A stretch of 48,658 nucleotides of DNA from an uncultured Acetobacteraceae bacterium (GCA_964235545.1 CAXSEG010000002.1:1-48658), one strand, 5' to 3'; counted from the first letter of the stretch, positions 26,519 to 36,851 are shown. A program made the numbers and translations. The notes: generated by a model from the sequence alone, not told the origin.

Positions 26519-27688
26519 TCAAGAGTGCGTCTTCGACGGGCCGGCTCGCGAGGACGCTGCCCTACGCAGCGCGTCGAGAGCGCGCTCCACGTTCGGCTCG
26601 ATGACGGGTCCGCCTGCCAGGCGCTCATACGCCCAGTGGTCCCGGGCGCCGACGGCCTCCGCCCTGGGATTAGGGTGCATATAGCGGTCGAAGATTTCCG
26701 TCTCGAAGCCGAGCGAGTGCAGCGCATACCAGAGCGGCCGGTCCACCAGCTTGAGCCAGGCGAATTGCCCGGGCGCCAGCACGCCCGCCCGCGCCCGGGC
26801 AGCCGTCAGCAGACTCATCAGGGCGGTGTGCGTGTAGGCATGGCGGTTCATCGCGGCCAGGGCAGGAGCCGCTACGGGATAATCGACCAGCACGGCCTGC
26901 ACGTCGCGCGATACAGATGCTGGAAAACCGAGCGGCTTCTCAGGGCCTTCCCGGCTTGGGTCCCTGCCTGCAAGTGCCGCCGACACTTTGCCAAGCAGGT
27001 CGACGGCTTCGGCGCGGTGTTCGGCGAGATGGAGGGCGCAGATCGCGAACAGGCATCGGACCTGCGCACTCGCGCCGTCCAGCCCAGACCAGTGCGGGCC
27101 GAGCTGGCGCACAAGATGGGCGCGCGCCATCCTGGACGAAAAGGCCCCATGTTCATCGGTCGCGTAGCGGGCGACCCATTCGGCAGCCGTCAGCGCATAA
27201 TCGGCGGGCCGCGGGTCCTTAGGCGCTGGTGGCACCAGGCCGAGGCGGCGGCCCACAAACGCTGCCGTCGTCCTGAAGCTGGCGGCCTGCTCACGGGCTA
27301 GGCCATCGAAGTCGAAGGCACGGCGGAACCGTGCGGGAGCTGCGCGCGTCATGCACCATCCGGCGAGCCCGAGCATGAACAAGCCGGCCGGAATGCGGAA
27401 CAGCATTCCGACGTCGCGAGCAATGCCGTATAGGTCGCGCAGGCTGACCGCTACGGGATCGGCCCGCATCATCTGGCGGTCGGCCAGGTCGTAGCGGTCG
27501 GTGAAGTGCCGGGCGAAGGCGATTTCCCGGTGGAAGAGCTGCATCACCGCGCTGCTGATCGGGCCATGGTAGCTGTCCCAGAGCAGGTAGGCGCCGGCGC
27601 AGCTGCACGCGACGATGACGATGAGGTAGAAGCCGCCGTTATCGTCGCTGGATGCCCAGCTCGACCGGGAGTTGGATTGTGGGTGCAT
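26519..27688 (-). CDS. dotM: DotM/IcmP (TrbA-like) coupling-complex subunit
   Basis: Two N-terminal TMs, QLGPHW, HAYTHT...ARARAGVLAPGQFAWLKLVDRPLWYALHS and EAVGARDHW. Confidence 0.9.
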   Translation of the reverse strand: MHPQSNSRSSWASSDDNGGFYLIVIVACSCAGAYLLWDSYHGPISSAVMQLFHREIAFARHFTDRYDLADRQMMRADPVAVSLRDLYGIARDVGMLFRIPAGLFMLGLAGWCMTRAAPARFRRAFDFDGLAREQAASFRTTAAFVGRRLGLVPPAPKDPRPADYALTAAEWVARYATDEHGAFSSRMARAHLVRQLGPHWSGLDGASAQVRCLFAICALHLAEHRAEAVDLLGKVSAALAGRDPSREGPEKPLGFPASVSRDVQAVLVDYPVAAPALAAMNRHAYTHTALMSLLTAARARAGVLAPGQFAWLKLVDRPLWYALHSLGFETEIFDRYMHPNPRAEAVGARDHWAYERLAGGPVIEPNVERALDALRRAASSRAGPSKTHS

Positions 27689-27690
27689 GA

Positions 27691-28248
27691 TCAGTCGCCC
27701 GCCGTCACGATGGACGACCTTGGACGGCCGGGTAGGGCTGAGCGGGAGTCGGCCATCGTCGGGTGGTTGGCCTTGGCCTGCAACCGAAGAGCTTGGTCGA
27801 GCACGAGCCGCAGGTAGTGCGCCTTATGGTCCGGATCGTGGGAGTGGTAATAGCCGACCCCCTCCCAAAAATTACCGCGAGCCTCGTCCAGACCCTTGCG
27901 AAGTATCCACGATCCGGCCTCGACGTTGGCGCAGAAATTATCGCGAAGGGCGCGAGAGGTGGCGGACTGGGTGGCGCCCCAATGGGCGGCGATCTGCGGT
28001 ACCCAGATCTGGTTGACCTGCATCGGGCCGATGTCGACGGTGTTGTTGGTATTCTGGCTCACGGCGCCGAGCGACCCGCCCTCGACCCGCAGCAAGATCA
28101 CGATCACCGCCGGAGGGAAACGGTACGCTTCGGCCGCCGCGGTGATGCATCCGCGGATCGCGGCCAACCCCTCGGGGGTTTCGGCGGCGCGGGCATTGAT
28201 GGCCGCAGTCGAAAGCAACGCCGTAGCGGCCAAGAGCAGGCGTGTCAT
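27691..28248 (-). CDS. Lytic transglycosylase (SLT/TrbN-like)
   Basis: Signal peptide, catalytic VEGG, DIGPMQVN and VGYYHS motifs. Confidence 0.9.
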   Translation of the reverse strand: MTRLLLAATALLSTAAINARAAETPEGLAAIRGCITAAAEAYRFPPAVIVILLRVEGGSLGAVSQNTNNTVDIGPMQVNQIWVPQIAAHWGATQSATSRALRDNFCANVEAGSWILRKGLDEARGNFWEGVGYYHSHDPDHKAHYLRLVLDQALRLQAKANHPTMADSRSALPGRPRSSIVTAGD

Positions 28249-28679
28249 GGTGCGGGTCCCCGGTTGGCAGAGGGCGTCGGCGTGGCCTGGCGCTCGATGG
28301 TGTTGGTCGCCGCTTGCCAAAGGGCATTCAGGTCGTGGACCATGATGGCGCCGGGCCGCGCGACTTGCGCCGTGGCTTCCATGGTGGACAGCATGACGGT
28401 GCTGAAGGTGCCTTCCCGGATGGCGCGCAGCCGGTAGCCTAGCAGCGCCGCCGGATCGCGCACGATGTCCAGCGCGAAGCCCTTGCCGGTCGCCTCGCGC
28501 CAGACAGCCTCGCCTGCGACCACCAGCGCCGGGAGCAGGCCGTTCGGGGCCGCAGCGCTGGCCGGAGACACCGGTAGATCCTCGCCGGTAGCCCGGTCGC
28601 GGTAGATCACAGGCCGCCCCTCGCGGGTCAGCAACGCTTCCATGGCGCGGCCCACGGAGTCGACGCTGACGGCGCTCAT
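28245..28679 (-). CDS. icmS: IcmS-like adaptor protein
   Basis: GLLPAL...GKGF...ALLGYR matches remembered IcmS GLLPAI...GYGL...ALLGIR. It directly follows icmT with an ATGA overlap. Confidence 0.6.
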   Translation of the reverse strand: MSAVSVDSVGRAMEALLTREGRPVIYRDRATGEDLPVSPASAAAPNGLLPALVVAGEAVWREATGKGFALDIVRDPAALLGYRLRAIREGTFSTVMLSTMEATAQVARPGAIMVHDLNALWQAATNTIERQATPTPSANRGPAP

Positions 28680-28924
28680 GCCAGCCGACGCCGCTTCCAA
28701 GCCGGGACCGCGGTGCGCACCGATCCCACCAGAAACCGCCGCGCCAAGCGCATCATCGCCGGCAAGGTGAGCCCGAAGAACGAGATGACCGAGAAGAACA
28801 CCGTTCCCATCAGCGCGATGTAGAACGTCGCCCAGCTCCAATAGACCAGGAAGCAAAGGATCGGCAGGCAGGCCCGCGCGTCGAGCATGAACAAGCGAAC
28901 GGGTTGGGCGGTGTTGCGCCACAT
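28676..28924 (-). CDS. icmT: IcmT/TraK family inner-membrane protein
   Basis: MWRNTAQPVRLFMLDARA signature, 82 aa, hydrophobic core and basic tail. Confidence 0.9.
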   Translation of the reverse strand: MWRNTAQPVRLFMLDARACLPILCFLVYWSWATFYIALMGTVFFSVISFFGLTLPAMMRLARRFLVGSVRTAVPAWKRRRLA

Positions 28925-30117
28925 CAGCCGATATTCCTTTTCTGGTCGATCGCGACCTGTTCCGTGATCCTGCCCCCCGCCAACGCAAGGTCGATGGCGC
29001 GCGCATAGGATTGGCCCTGCTCAGCGACCGCGCGCCGTGTCAGTGCCGGCCATTCGCTCGGGTTGGTCTGTAGGAACTCGTCACGCAAAGTGCGGTCGAA
29101 GGCGAGGAACTCGCGCAGTGCCGTGCGCCTGCCGTCCACGGACGGGGCAAGGCGCTGGTTGATCACCAGCCGGAGCGACTGTGCGACGGCGGAGACCAGG
29201 TTGTCGCGCTCGTCCGAGGGGCACAGGCTGGCGATGCGCTGCATGGTGAGCGCCACGTCGTTGGCGTGGACCGTCGTGGTCAGCACATGGCCGGAGATCG
29301 CCGCCTGGATGGCGGCGCTCATGGTCTCGCTGTCGCGGCACTCGCCCACGATGATGTCGGTCGGCTCGCGCCGCATCGCGCCGCGCACGAACGCCGCAAA
29401 GGTCGGCAGGTCGCGCGGGATTTCGGTCTGGTTCATGGTCGAGTTCACGCCCCGCACGCGCTCCAGCAGGAACTCGACCGGGGCCGCGCCTTCCACGATG
29501 TTGTAGTGCCCGGCCGGGTCTTGCAGCTTGGCGACAGTCATGCCGGCGATCAGCGTGGATTTCCCGGAGCCAGTGCCGCCGGCGACGATGACCATGCCCT
29601 GATGTGGGCAATACGCGTCGAGGATGCCCGGCTCGACCAACTGCTCTGCCAAACAGGGGGGCATGTCGGCGATCGGCCGCAGCACGACGTTACCGCCTTC
29701 CCGCCGGGACGTGCGCGTCGGTGTCGCGTTCAGGCGGAACCGGAGCCGCGTGGAGCGATCGATGGAGATGGAGTAGGCGGTGTCGAAGTCGGTCCCGCTC
29801 TGCAGCCGGGCCATGCCCTCCGCACCGTAGAGGTGGTTCACGATCATCGAGAACTCGTGCTCGTCGAGCGAGGCCCGCGTTGCCCGGCGGTTACGGCCGT
29901 GAATGCCGACCCAGACCGGGTGGCCGGTCTGGAAGGCGACGCGGGAGGCCTTGGCACGAAAGGCCCAGACCAGCAAAGAGTCCAGGCCGGGCGCGCTCTT
30001 GCGCGGCTCCTGCACCCAGCGCACGCCCTCATCGGGCCAGGAGCCATCGACTTCGTCGCTGATCGCCACAGACCGTACGGGTAGGGTCAGGCCGTCAAGC
30101 ATCGTCTGTTCCGACAT
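28924..30117 (-). CDS. dotB: DotB/TraJ PilT-like ATPase
   Basis: GGTGSGKST, EGAAPVEF, IIVGECRD and GHVLTTTVHAN. Follows dotDC. Confidence 0.9.
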   Translation of the reverse strand: MSEQTMLDGLTLPVRSVAISDEVDGSWPDEGVRWVQEPRKSAPGLDSLLVWAFRAKASRVAFQTGHPVWVGIHGRNRRATRASLDEHEFSMIVNHLYGAEGMARLQSGTDFDTAYSISIDRSTRLRFRLNATPTRTSRREGGNVVLRPIADMPPCLAEQLVEPGILDAYCPHQGMVIVAGGTGSGKSTLIAGMTVAKLQDPAGHYNIVEGAAPVEFLLERVRGVNSTMNQTEIPRDLPTFAAFVRGAMRREPTDIIVGECRDSETMSAAIQAAISGHVLTTTVHANDVALTMQRIASLCPSDERDNLVSAVAQSLRLVINQRLAPSVDGRRTALREFLAFDRTLRDEFLQTNPSEWPALTRRAVAEQGQSYARAIDLALAGGRITEQVAIDQKRNIG

Positions 30118-30198
30118 TGCACGGCAAGGCGGACATACCTGCCGAAGATGGCGTAGAGAACCGGTCCCATTGGAACGGTTCGAGGCTTCTGACCACGC

Positions 30199-31155
30199 TC
30201 ATCGCGGGCACCCGGCTCCAGGGCGCCAGCGCCGCGCGTTGCCCTGAAGGCCGGGTTGGTCGGTGATGCGGATTGTCTGATCGCCGACGTGCAGGCTATC
30301 CCGGCCGCCCTGCACGGCCTGGTTCTGGAACGCCACCTTGGGCTGTTCCACCAACCCGGCCCGCAGCAAGACGCGGTAGCGGGCCATGCCGACGATGTCG
30401 CGCTCGAGGCGGCTGAGATCGGACAGGTAGATCTCGACCGCCTGCTTCTCGCCCTGCGCCCAGCCTTCGGCCACCCATTTGTTCCAGTAGGCCACCTCCT
30501 GCTTGGTGCGCGGCAGCGCGCCGTCGGTGGGGCGCTGCGGCGCTGACCAACTTCGAACGAGGTAGGCACGCCAGTTTGGCGGTGTCGAGGACAGCTGCGC
30601 CTCGCGGGTGATCTGGTAGATGCACGAGGTTTCTCGGGCGACTTGGCCGCCGTCGCCTAGGGCGAACGCCATCTGCGCGGCCGACACGATCGGCGGCCGC
30701 ATCAAGGTCTGTCCGCTGCTCACCGGCAGTACGAGTGTGTGGAAGTCGTAGGCGCTGTCCAGTTGCGGCTGGTAGCGGCGCAGCATCTCGTTGAGGGCGA
30801 AAGATCGGCCTGCCAAACCGCCCTGAGCACCATACGTGAGGGCGGCGGTGCGCACCATGTCGGCGCGGCCCGGTTCCAATCCGTCACCCTTCTCGTCACC
30901 CGGGCGGGTCGCCTGCAGGGCCTCCAGCGACGGCGGCTGCGGCGTTCCGACCACAAGCGGATCGACTTGCGCGCCGGTGATCGGCTTGTTTAAGGGATTG
31001 GCCAGGTCGGGGACGTTCGCCTCCACCTGATCGGCCGTGGGGTCGGGCGGCACGCGGGTTGCGGTGAGAGCCGGACCCTCGGCCCGGGTTGGCGCAGCGC
31101 CTGCTAAACCGGCCAGCACCGTCGCCGCAGCGAGCAGCGCGCGAAGGCTAGGCAT
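30199..31155 (-). CDS. dotC: DotC/TraI family core protein
   Basis: ALTYGAQGGLA, LDSAYDF, PPNWRAYL, WNKWVAEGWAQG and RLERDIVGM. Confidence 0.9.
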   Translation of the reverse strand: MPSLRALLAAATVLAGLAGAAPTRAEGPALTATRVPPDPTADQVEANVPDLANPLNKPITGAQVDPLVVGTPQPPSLEALQATRPGDEKGDGLEPGRADMVRTAALTYGAQGGLAGRSFALNEMLRRYQPQLDSAYDFHTLVLPVSSGQTLMRPPIVSAAQMAFALGDGGQVARETSCIYQITREAQLSSTPPNWRAYLVRSWSAPQRPTDGALPRTKQEVAYWNKWVAEGWAQGEKQAVEIYLSDLSRLERDIVGMARYRVLLRAGLVEQPKVAFQNQAVQGGRDSLHVGDQTIRITDQPGLQGNARRWRPGAGCPR

Positions 31156-31612
31156 GATGGATCACCTGGACTTGGTGGTGGAACGGATCGACCTCGACGG
31201 TGGCGCGGGTACCCGCCTGATTGCCGAGTGCCTGGAAGACCCGGAAGACGGGGACGGAGCCGACCTGGACCGTGACCGGCACTGGATCCTGCGACGGCGG
31301 GCCGCTGGTATAGAACGTGTAGCCGATGCTCTGTGCGAGCTTGGCGACGCCTTGGTCGAGCGGGCCGGACCAGGTGAACGACACGGTGCGCTGCAGGTCC
31401 TCCGGCACCAGCGGCGTCACGACGCGTTCGGCGATTGGGGAGAGCTGACCGAGTTGGGCCATCTCGGCATCGACGTGCTGCATGCTCAGGCGCAGCGCCG
31501 CCTCCGGGTTGGGCATCCCGGCCGTCTCGACCGTCGTGGGGACCGGGACGGTGTTGGCGCAACCTGCGAGGAGCAGCGCCGCGAGAACGGCAGGTAGCAG
31601 GGGTGGCTGCAT
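31148..31612 (-). CDS. dotD: DotD/TraH lipoprotein
   Basis: Lipobox LAGC, SFTWSGP...LAQSIGY and LGNQAG. Confidence 0.88.
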   Translation of the reverse strand: MQPPLLPAVLAALLLAGCANTVPVPTTVETAGMPNPEAALRLSMQHVDAEMAQLGQLSPIAERVVTPLVPEDLQRTVSFTWSGPLDQGVAKLAQSIGYTFYTSGPPSQDPVPVTVQVGSVPVFRVFQALGNQAGTRATVEVDPFHHQVQVIHHA

Positions 31613-31890
31613 CACAACCGGCTCATCGACCAGCTGGCCGCAATCAGGGTCGGGCATGGATGTGAGAGTTCGTGCCAGTCTACCGAGTGTCCGCGCGACC
31701 GACGCGAGCTCAGCCACGCGCAGGGACCACGGGCACCTGTTGACCATCTAGCGGCCACTTTCCATGGCGGGAAGGACGGCCCCGGCAGAGCGGCCCCGAG
31801 TTGCATAGTGAGATGAGCCACGTGCGATCCCTCCGTCATGCACGGAGGCTACGAACGCGATTTGCAAACGGGCACACCCGCCGCCGCCGC

Positions 31891-32181
31891 TCAAACTTTG
31901 GTACGTGGACCCCGGCGATACCCCCACCGGTAAAATGCGACCGGCGGACCCTGATAGTCGGCCCGGGCGTAGGCGGCGAACCCGATACGCAGCACCAGCC
32001 CTTTCCGGCGCATGGCGGCGAGATGGCCCGTCGCATTGGGCACTGAGCGGCCAATATGCGCGGCGATGGCGCTCGCAGACCGCGGCTCGGACAGAAAGGC
32101 CAGGATCGCATCGCGAATCGGCTGGGGACGCGATGTCCGAAGCGCCGGCGGCACCTCTGGCCAGACAAATTTCCCAGGCAT
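31891..32181 (-). CDS. Small winged-HTH (ArsR-like) protein
   Basis: ILAFLSEPRSASAIAAHIGRSVPNATGHLAAMRRKGLV. It starts 1 nt after the dotO stop. Confidence 0.65.
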   Translation of the reverse strand: MPGKFVWPEVPPALRTSRPQPIRDAILAFLSEPRSASAIAAHIGRSVPNATGHLAAMRRKGLVLRIGFAAYARADYQGPPVAFYRWGYRRGPRTKV

Positions 32182-32182
32182 T

Positions 32183-35100
32183 TCACTCGGCCGCTATCGA
32201 GGTGTCCTCGTTGGTCGCGTCCTCGTGCGGGCGCAGGACCAAGCCGAGGCCATGGCCGCGCACCAGCTCGTCGGCAAGCTCGTCCACCACACCGGCCTCG
32301 ACGCGATCCGCCGCATCGCCCTTCTTGAGCCGCGCCTTGGTGCGGCGCTCGATCTCGTCCATGGCCGAGCCTTTCGGGAACACCTTGGAGAGCCGGCGCA
32401 GCCCCTCGCTGAAGCCGACCTTGGCGTAGAGCCGGTTGCGCAGGCTGGTGTCGCCCGGCGTGGTCGACAGCGCCCACAGCTCGATGGGGCCGAGCGAGTT
32501 GATCAGCATCTGCTCGTAACGCGCCTGTTCGGCCCGGAAGATCGCCAGGAACGGGGCGCCGTCGCGGTTGGGGCCGGTCAAGCGCATGCGCACCACCTTG
32601 GCGCTAGCGTCGGTCAACCCGAACCTCTCGATGACGGCCTCGCGCTCCTTTTGGTCGTCGGCGCCGAGCACGAACCGGCCGGTCGATTGTGAGACGATGC
32701 CGTCGCTGAAGTCGGCAAGGCGCTGGCTGGCAAAGCCGAGCTGCACGTTGTGCTTGCGACCCTCGCGCACGTCGCGCTCGGCTTGGGCGCAGATCAGCGG
32801 GCTGCCCTCGGTGCGGTGCCACTCGTCGTAGTCGATGCGCTTGACCGTCTCGTAGATCTCGGTGAAGCGCCGCGTGTGGTAGTCCAGCACACGCGCCGGC
32901 ACGTATTCCAGGTATTCAGGGTGCAGGAAGAAGTTGCGGGCTAGGATGTGCCGGGCCAGCAGGTACATCATCTCGGTCTGGCGCTGCGCGGAGGCCGACC
33001 CTTTGGGCGCCACGTACTGCAAGTCGAGGGCGATGATGCGGGCCGGACCGAAATCGAGTTGCGTCGGCGCGTTCAGCGTCGGGAAGCGGCGGATCATGTC
33101 CTCTATGTAGCGTTCGAAGATCTGCGAGACGGATTCGGAGGTTTCCTGGACCTTGATGTCCTCGAACGCGTCCCGCACCTGGTCCGTGCGCACGGCGCTG
33201 ATCAGGTCCTGGATGATCGGCACGGCATGGCGCTGGGCCATCTCGGCAAGGCGATATTCGCCGTGGTCGCACAGCGCGTTCACCACGTCGCGCCAGAACG
33301 GGCGGTCGGCATGCAGCTCGATGCCGTAGTGCTCGATCGCACGGTCCACCTCCGGCTCGGCGCCGCGCCGATAGTGTTTGGAGCCTTCGTCCGAGGCGCA
33401 CAGCCGGTAGGCCTCGTCGATCACCGCCTCGATCAGCTGCGACATGCCTTCGAACGGGCGCGAGCGGTCCGGCGGCGTGGTGGCGAGGGCAAGGAAGTTC
33501 TGGAGGAACACCCGCTCCAGCGGAAGCGGGTACTCGCAGCCGACCTGCAGGTCGAAGATGTTGAACTCGAAGCCGGGTGCGAACTGCAGCGACACGAAGA
33601 TCGCCTCATGCCGCCGCCTCGGGCCGAGCGCCTCCTGCATGAGCCGGACGAAGCCTTCCACCGACCGCCCGATATCCACCTTGCCGATCAGGGGCGGCTT
33701 GGCGCCCTTTGCGCCCACGGCGGCGGTGCTCAGGCAGAGGCCGATGTTGATCGTGTTGGCCAGCACCGATTTTCCGCTGCCAGGCGGGGCCACGAAGATA
33801 TCCACTACGAGGGGGCGCTTGCGTCCACCAGCCGGGTCATAGGGCCAGATGCCGCCATCGGGACGGCGGAACAGCACGCTGCCACTCTCCCAGGGCGAGG
33901 CGGTGCGGTTCCACGGCAGCATCGTCAGTGCGTCGCCGAGTAGTGCCAGGGCTGGATTGGCGGTCGAGGCAAGCGCCAGGCCGGGTGCGGTGCTCATCAC
34001 CGCCTCCAGCGGGTCGCCCACGACGGAAGTGGCCTTGGCGTTGCCCCAACCCTCGATCCGCTGGGACAGGATGGACATACGCCGGCGCAACTTGGCCGGC
34101 TCTTCGACGGGAGCCCAGGTTGCAAAGCTCGCCCGCAGCTTGACGCTGATGTGGTTCTCCTCGGCCGCCTCGCGCAGGAACTTGAAGGAGCGCCGCAGGT
34201 CGGCGTTGCCGGGGAACATCGCCAGGAACGACGCGCCCAAATCCTTGATCTGCATCGACCCCTTGCCGCCGCCTTCCATCACGATCGCAACGCGCCAAGG
34301 AATGCGGTCGAGGCCAAGCGTCGAGGACAGCTTGACAAAGGGCTGCGGGTCCTCGGGTCCGATGTTCATGTCGACGCAGGCAAAAGCGTGCTCACCGAAA
34401 TCCACGCGCTGACCGCCATGGGTCACGGCATCGGCATAGAACAGCTGGTCACGGATCGGCGGCCACAGCACGTGCTCGGCCTTTGCCTTGGTGACATCCT
34501 CCTCAGGTGCACGCGCCATCACCTTGTCGCCCGGCAGGATCGGCATCCAATCCGAGCCGGACATCTCACGATACATTGCCTCGCGCGAGACCTTGAGCGC
34601 CTCGTGCGGATCGAGGATGGCCGCCGAGACGTCGTGGGCGCGCAGGGCCGATAGCAGCCGGGAGGTGAAGGCGGAGTGACGTGCGGCCATCACCTCGCTG
34701 CGCAGGTAGAAGCGCTGCGTGTCGCCGATCGCACCGGCGGCGTTGGCGGCATACTCGGCTTTGAGCTGCTTGCGCTCTTCCTTGGTCAGCACCGACGTCT
34801 TGGTCCAGACGATGAAGTAGGCGGCCTCCCAGCGCATCAGTTTCGGCCATAGCCGGGCGCGTTCGTCGAGGATGTCGTCGAGGTGCAGCCCGCCCAGACG
34901 GGCGATCTCCCGGCAGGCCCGCAGGTTGAGGTTCTCGATCTCGACCAGGGCTGCATCTGGGTCGGAAATATACCAGCCGACGATGGCATGCCCGCGGGCG
35001 TCAAGCGCACCCGACAGGTCGAGGCGCATGGCTTCGGAGATCTGCGCGAAATCCTTTGCCTCACCCATGCGCTGCATCCCGTCCACACGAATCCAGGACT

Positions 35101-35224
35101 GGTAATGGCCGGCCTTGGTGATCAGCGCATCGCCGTGGGCAGTCTCGACCTCGCAGAAGGCGCCGAGCGGCTGCTTGAGGGCCAGCGACAAGGCGGCGAA
35201 GCCGCGGGCGATGGCGGCGAACAT
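32183..35224 (-). CDS. dotO: DotO/IcmB (TraU; VirB4-like) ATPase
   Basis: 1013 aa with APPGSGKS, NIFDLQVG, YDEWHR, REGRKHN and ELWALSTT. Confidence 0.92.
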   Translation of the reverse strand: MFAAIARGFAALSLALKQPLGAFCEVETAHGDALITKAGHYQSWIRVDGMQRMGEAKDFAQISEAMRLDLSGALDARGHAIVGWYISDPDAALVEIENLNLRACREIARLGGLHLDDILDERARLWPKLMRWEAAYFIVWTKTSVLTKEERKQLKAEYAANAAGAIGDTQRFYLRSEVMAARHSAFTSRLLSALRAHDVSAAILDPHEALKVSREAMYREMSGSDWMPILPGDKVMARAPEEDVTKAKAEHVLWPPIRDQLFYADAVTHGGQRVDFGEHAFACVDMNIGPEDPQPFVKLSSTLGLDRIPWRVAIVMEGGGKGSMQIKDLGASFLAMFPGNADLRRSFKFLREAAEENHISVKLRASFATWAPVEEPAKLRRRMSILSQRIEGWGNAKATSVVGDPLEAVMSTAPGLALASTANPALALLGDALTMLPWNRTASPWESGSVLFRRPDGGIWPYDPAGGRKRPLVVDIFVAPPGSGKSVLANTINIGLCLSTAAVGAKGAKPPLIGKVDIGRSVEGFVRLMQEALGPRRRHEAIFVSLQFAPGFEFNIFDLQVGCEYPLPLERVFLQNFLALATTPPDRSRPFEGMSQLIEAVIDEAYRLCASDEGSKHYRRGAEPEVDRAIEHYGIELHADRPFWRDVVNALCDHGEYRLAEMAQRHAVPIIQDLISAVRTDQVRDAFEDIKVQETSESVSQIFERYIEDMIRRFPTLNAPTQLDFGPARIIALDLQYVAPKGSASAQRQTEMMYLLARHILARNFFLHPEYLEYVPARVLDYHTRRFTEIYETVKRIDYDEWHRTEGSPLICAQAERDVREGRKHNVQLGFASQRLADFSDGIVSQSTGRFVLGADDQKEREAVIERFGLTDASAKVVRMRLTGPNRDGAPFLAIFRAEQARYEQMLINSLGPIELWALSTTPGDTSLRNRLYAKVGFSEGLRRLSKVFPKGSAMDEIERRTKARLKKGDAADRVEAGVVDELADELVRGHGLGLVLRPHEDATNEDTSIAAE

Positions 35225-35227
35225 CGG

Positions 35228-35872
35228 CTATTCCTTCGGGTCGGCGGCGTTGGAGGCGTGTTGGGCCGTCTGCGCCCATGTATCGACGATGTCCGGATAG
35301 ACGTCCGCGCCGTCGTGGAAAAAACGGCCGAGCGGCAGCACGCGGAGGCTGCCCAGCAGGGCCGCTTGGTGAGTCCGGGCAATCGGGGAAAGGCGGTGCA
35401 GCGCGGCGGCGAGCTCGCTCGGTGCGCTCGTGCCGAGCCGCTCGGCTGCTTCATCGGATCGCGTGGCGAGGGCGCGACGCGCGTGATAGATCGAGCGCCG
35501 TGCCGGGGTGTCCTCGCGCAAGCCGGCGTCGTGCAGCAGGCTCTCACCAAAGGACCGCAACTGGACGTGGATCTCGCGCATCATCGTGTTCAGCGCCGCT
35601 TGACTGGTCTCGGGGAGCCAGACGAGCACGGCCTCCTCGTCGATGCGCGGGCGCTCCAAATGGCGAGCCAGGTGGCACAAGGGGCAAGCCGCAGCCGGTT
35701 GCCCAACCATTTTGGCGTCGAGCGCCGGGACGCCGCGGTCCGGAAAACACCATCGTCCAGAAGCGGCGCCGCAATAGAGGCACGGCACTGGTCCCGCCTC
35801 GCCCAGCAATACGAAGCAACTCGCGCACTCGTCACTATCATGCGCGGAAAGGGTGAGGCGGTGGAGCGGCAT
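35228..35872 (-). CDS. dotN: DotN/IcmJ-like Zn-binding coupling-complex subunit
   Basis: CLYC...ACPLCH...LVWLPETSQAALN. Immediately upstream of dotO, as icmJ is of icmB. Confidence 0.75.
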   Translation of the reverse strand: MPLHRLTLSAHDSDECASCFVLLGEAGPVPCLYCGAASGRWCFPDRGVPALDAKMVGQPAAACPLCHLARHLERPRIDEEAVLVWLPETSQAALNTMMREIHVQLRSFGESLLHDAGLREDTPARRSIYHARRALATRSDEAAERLGTSAPSELAAALHRLSPIARTHQAALLGSLRVLPLGRFFHDGADVYPDIVDTWAQTAQHASNAADPKE

Positions 35873-35875
35873 TCC

Positions 35876-36196
35876 TCAGCCGCCGACAATGATGCAAGGT
35901 GCGGCCGCGACCAAAGCGGCGCCCGCGAGCGTCACAACCACCATGGCCTGACGCAAGGGACGGTCGAAGGTTTGGGGTCGCGCCATCCAGAGCAGCAGGA
36001 CAACGAGTAGGCCGGGAGTCGCACCGGCGCTGAAGACCGTGGCGGCGTCGGTCAATGACAGCCGGTGCGGCAGGGCGGCCGTCGCAGTGAGAGCGTAGGG
36101 GAACGAGGCCGCAAGCAGTGCGTGCGAGACCACGCGCCTGCGGCGGCGGGAGAGGCCGTCAAGCAACACGGCATCCGTCGATGTTGTTGGCTGCAC
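35876..36196 (-). CDS. Small multi-pass membrane protein
   Basis: Three hydrophobic segments, co-oriented within the operon. Confidence 0.6.
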   Translation of the reverse strand: MQPTTSTDAVLLDGLSRRRRRVVSHALLAASFPYALTATAALPHRLSLTDAATVFSAGATPGLLVVLLLWMARPQTFDRPLRQAMVVVTLAGAALVAAAPCIIVGG

Positions 36197-36273
36197 CGCA
36201 ATGGTCCTCGTGGGTTCGCAATAAAGATGCTGCCGCCGGTGTGTCCGTCAGGCGCCGGCGGCAGCAGGCTGAC

Positions 36274-36747
36274 TCAGCCGCCGCTGGTGCCGAACTGCAC
36301 CATGCCCGGCGTGGTGTTGATCGTGGCGTTCGAGCCCGTGGCGGTGATGGAAGCCTTGTTGATCCACACGCCACCGGTCGCGAACAGGCCGCAAAGGGCG
36401 AGGCCCGCAATGGCGCGGCCGACATAGCCGGTTTCGCGGTTCTGCGGCTGGCGGCTCTGCCAAGCAGCCCAGACGCCGAAGAAGAAGCAGACGGTCGCGG
36501 CCAGGTAGCAACCCATGCCGAAGGCGGTCGAGCCCGAGTTGATCGCCTCGCTCGACATGGTGTTGAGTTGGGCGCCGAGGCCGCCGGCGGGCGACGATGC
36601 CTGGGCAAGGGCCTGGCCGATGTAGCCGAAGCCAAGAGCAAGACTGCCCGCGACGCCGGCGACCGACTTGCCCCGATTCCGCAGGAAACGGAGTGCGCGC
36701 GGAGTGGCGCGGGCCGGCACCTGCTTGTTGATGATGGTGAGGTTCAC
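36274..36747 (-). CDS. Pilin-like membrane protein (IcmD/DotP or TraR-like)
   Basis: GGAGG RBS, GTG start, long leader ending ALA-Q, then two TMs joined by a short polar loop. Confidence 0.6.
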   Translation of the reverse strand: MNLTIINKQVPARATPRALRFLRNRGKSVAGVAGSLALGFGYIGQALAQASSPAGGLGAQLNTMSSEAINSGSTAFGMGCYLAATVCFFFGVWAAWQSRQPQNRETGYVGRAIAGLALCGLFATGGVWINKASITATGSNATINTTPGMVQFGTSGG

Positions 36748-36851
36748 GCTTCTGCCTCCAAAAGTTCCCGAGGGAGGAATCCCTCGACGATCACACTCGC
36801 AAAACCGCTTGCAAACGGGATGGATGCATCGAAGACGGACGACAGAAAGTA

